From: the human T2T-CHM13v2.0 reference genome, Homo sapiens
Direction: 5' to 3' (one strand)
Length of the DNA: 64,000 bases
Assembly (NCBI RefSeq): GCF_009914755.1
Contig: NC_060928.1
Part shown: positions 60,060 to 64,000 of the stretch, piece after piece
Layout: every line of letters starts with the position of its first letter
Position numbering within the stretch: the stretch's first letter is position 1
Notes under the pieces: generated by a model
Database searches by the model: none
Seen by the model: only the letters and a program-made list of their open reading frames with translations
Told to the model about the DNA's origin: nothing
Position numbers and translations under genes: made by a program

Positions 60060-60250
60060 TTGGTCAGTTCCAGGTTTGAATAATGACACCTCTGTTCACT
60101 ACCTAGTGATCTTGACCAGGCTTCTCTAAGCCTCAGTTTCCTCATCTGTGAAATAAAAAGAATACCTATCTTATTGTGACTATTATTAAAGAAATGAAAT
60201 TGTGTATGTAAAATGCTTGGCAAACAGAAAGCACTCAAGAAAAGCTAACT
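60060..60250 (+). mobile_element. MIR
   Basis: CTAAGCCTCAGTTTCCTCATCTGTGAAAT. Confidence 0.85.
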
Positions 60251-60254
60251 TATG

Positions 60255-60679
<425 letters not shown>

Positions 60680-60864
60680 TTAGCCAAGTCTTTTATTCAC
60701 TGACCATATTGCCATCATCTTACCTGTGTTCCAGAACTGGTTAATTGTTACAGTATAGTCCCAGGGTTTTGAAGGAAAAAAGTGGGAAACTTGCTGCAAA
60801 GGCAGCCAGATCTGTCCCCACTCTCCAGCTCCCTGCGGTATTTTAAGTCAGCATCTCAGAGGAG

Positions 60865-61100
60865 GATGATGGTCACCATCCTATCACCATTTACCATGCT
60901 CCTACATAGACATTGTCTCATTTCATTCTCAGCCATAGCAACTCTGTGGGATGGTGGATTACATGTTGTCATCTGGTGAGGAAACTGAAACTCAAGGAAG
61001 TCAGATGACTAGCCCCCATTCACACTGCTAATCTGTGGATGGAGAAAGAGTTGAACACAGCTCATGACTCTAGATCCAGAGAGTCTTTTTGCCACTTCAT
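60865..61100 (-). mobile_element. MIR
   Basis: GGTGAGGAAACTGAAACTCAAGGAAGTCAGATGACTAGCCC. Confidence 0.7.
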
Positions 61101-61188
61101 GTTGTCAGGCATAAAATAATGATTCTGTCTTATTTCTGAATATTTAACTTATACGTAATTTCACTCTCACGTTTTCACTTCCTTACAG

Positions 61189-61297
61189 AATATCTGCTTC
61201 TTTCAAGAAGTATTTTAAAGATCAATGCTGTCATATTCATTTATTTTACTATAGATCAAATTCTATGGTAACAAATAAGATTACCAGAAATCCCCAG
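61189..61297 (+). other. Candidate 109-nt internal exon (likely non-coding)
   Basis: Acceptor TTTCACTCTCACGTTTTCACTTCCTTACAG (AG 61187-61188) and donor CAG/GTATGT (GT 61298-61299); splice signals only. Confidence 0.3.
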
Positions 61298-62914
61298 GTA
61301 TGTCTACATACGTATATATGTATGTGTGTATGCACATGCATATACATCTTTTTCTTTCAAAATGCTCTATCCAATAGCCCAGAAATACATCCAATTTAAA
61401 AGAAAAATAAATGCATTCAATTTAAAATCCCAAATGAACTTGCTCAATTTTGTGGGGAGGGGGGTTGTGTTGAAATTTAATTTCTGTGCTATTTGGGATT
61501 CATGCTACTTCTCAGAAGAGACACAGTTTTCCAGTAGAGATAAACGACCTCTTCCAAGAACAATGGAAATGAAAGGGGGATGGGGGTGGGGTGGGGAGTG
61601 CTGTGGGTAGAGGGGCAGGAAGCACAGATGAATTGAAAAGAGAAGAGTTATAAGCAGGTTGGCTTCCTTTAAAAAGATGGGACAGGGTCTCCAAAAAATA
61701 AATAAAATAAAAAGTTAGGCTATCTATTGGACTATCCTTCAAAGAGCGGCTGTGACTTAGTGTGAAAGCAGATTTTTAAAAAATATGAATACAGTGAGTC
61801 ACAAAATTCTCTCACCAAAACCAAGATATGAAAAAAAAAAAAAAAGAGTAGCTTCTATTTTCTTCAAAACTGCTCTGAGCTTTGTGTAAGCCTCATTCCC
61901 TGGGGAATCCAGGAAAACTTAGAATTGCCAAGAAGCAATATTCTGATCTCTTCTGATTTAAAGTCTCCTTTCCATTTAACCATTCAGTCTATTCTACTGG
62001 GTATCATCTGGTGGGGTATAAGAAGTCTCTTTAGATAAATAATGTTTTCAGAGCATGCCTTTTTCTTTCCTTTCCCAGGATGGTGCATACCATGGGGGAT
62101 GAGGGGGTCTCTTCCCTCATACTGTGTCTGGACAGACCAGCTCCTTGGACTAGTGACTGCTGAGTGAGCCTGGTTCTGTCTGGCTTCTTGAGAAGCCACA
62201 TGTGCTGACCCTACTGCTGGAGCCCATAGTCCTGATCATTTCTCCTGGCTCACTGTGGCCTCTCTTGCCACTCCCAAGTTTTTGCTGGTCCACTTGTTTC
62301 CTCATAAGCTCTGGGTCCTCTCTCAGGGGCATGAGGGCTCCTTCGGTTGTGAGTAACAGGAAATATGGCCTTGGACTCATCCATTCATTGCCTTCCATCA
62401 CCTCCACATCATTATTCTTCAATGGTGTTAAACATGTCCTCAAACTAAAGCCTACAACCTCCTTGCATGAGTCCTGGAGAAATTCTCATCCACTGTCTCA
62501 TCCCAGTATCTTTTATCTCCCCCAGAGAGTGGATGTTTCAGAAGCATCCCAGCCTCGTCTTGAGTTTTCTTCCCTGAGCTGCTGTCTCTGACCTACTTTC
62601 TTTACCACCATCTCCCCTTTTCTCCCCGTCTTGGCTCATAAGTGAATGGGGTATTTTCTCTGCACTGGGAAAGAAACTAGATCAGAGTCTTCTAAGCTTG
62701 AATCTGATATGTATTGGGAGTTAAGGAAATTCAGACTGGTCTTCAAGATTACTGTCTTGATCACTAAATGTCTTTTGAATGTCAAAAACTGCATGTTCTT
62801 TTCTTTGAATTCATGCTGATAATCTTAAACCTGAGACAAATAGATGTCTATGGCAGAAATTTGAGGAAAATCAGTATATTAATGAATTTTTTTAAAATTA
62901 CAAAAAATTAAAAT

Positions 62915-63400
62915 AAAAATAGACGAATATGTTCTTATTACAAATACTCAACAACACAAACATATATAGTAAAAAGAAAAATTCTGTCTTGCCTTACACC
63001 CCATCCTACCATCATAATACCCCATCCTACCATCATACTTTCCCCTCCAGATATAACCACTATTAACAGTTTAGGGTATACCCTTCCAGATTATTTTCTA
63101 TATGTTTATATACATATGTATGTGAAAACTAAACAAAGGTGTAGTTTTGCGTCTATTTTTAGTGAAGTGACAATGACACATAGTCTTCTTTTACTTAACA
63201 ATATGTTTTGTAACTCATTCCCTATCAGTAGGTATCAGTCAACTTCACTTTTAAAAACTGATGCGCGGTAATCCATAGCATGGATGGACCATTATTTAGT
63301 CAACCATTTTCATGATGTTACATTTACATTATCTTACAAATTTTGGCTTTTATAAACGGTGACACCCTTGTTTACATCTCCTTGTACAGTAGTTCAAGCA
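62915..63400 (-). mobile_element. Old L1 (L1ME-like) 3' fragment
   Basis: CCAGATATAACCACTATTAACAGTTTAGGGTATACCCTTCCAGA...TCCATAGCATGGATGGACCAT. Confidence 0.7.
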
Positions 63401-63619
63401 TTGCAGATATGTTTGCTTCATAAGAACCTAATGTGGAAAGTGATGGCATTCCATATCTGTCTTTTGACCACCTGTAAACATGAAAAACAATGCTGTCAGG
63501 AGCGCCGTTGCCAGAAGCTGAGCTTCTGCTTTAATTTTGGTCATTATTCTTCATTTTTACCACTTAATCAGCTCCCCTGAAATGGCAGAGTTTTCAACTT
63601 AAATTTTTCTTCTTTAAAA

Positions 63620-63750
63620 ACTTTCTTTTTTTTTAGAGACGGCATCTTGCTATGTTGCCCAGGATGGTCTTGAACTCCTGAGCTCAAGTGATCCTCCTGC
63701 CTTGGCCTCCCAGAGTGCTAGGATTACAGGATGAGCCACCACACCCAGCC
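63620..63750 (-). mobile_element. Alu monomer (FLAM_C-like)
   Basis: Single monomer; TSD TCAACTTAAATTTTTCT / TCAACTTATATTTTTCT. Confidence 0.88.
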
Positions 63751-64000
63751 ATCAACTTATATTTTTCTCAATCAAAAAGTACCACAGTATAGATAGAATA
63801 AGGCAAATTCCATGTGTTAATCAGTATGGACCTGTTTTTAGTATCATTATTGCAGAGAATAAAGTTGAAACTTCCAGTGCATCATCCTCAAAACTGCAGA
63901 GTGGTCTTTTAGTGGGTGGCAGAGTCATGGCAGTGGGTTCTCTCAGTGGTGGTCATGCAGGACAGCAGCATGCCCAAGTTACCCCCATTGTGATGAAGAC

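Overview
This is primate (human-like) genomic DNA with no recognisable protein-coding gene. It reads as intergenic or deep-intronic sequence made largely of interspersed repeats: about 30 Alu/FLAM copies (most with readable target-site duplications), old L1M, L2 and MIR, MaLR/ERVL/ERV1 LTRs (MLT1, MST, MLT2A, LTR33, LTR47-like, MER41A), DNA-transposon MITEs (MADE1, MER47A, MER58A, MER5, MER91) and several simple repeats. Most ORF-track entries are Alu or low-complexity artefacts. Non-TE items are two 7SL RNA retrocopies (one split by an Alu), a probable decayed mRNA retrocopy at about 8.8-9.4 kb whose parent I cannot name, and two candidate + strand non-coding exons. I found no evidence for a novel multi-gene system. 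The most unusual signals are small: a 34-nt copy of an L1 junction placed in an LTR 2.4 kb away, a hairpin-derived tandem array packed with GATA motifs, a perfect 12-bp-arm palindrome, a G4-type segment inside an Alu tail, and an intact MADE1 hairpin. Repeat subfamily names come from remembered consensus sequences, and boundaries are approximate unless a TSD is quoted.
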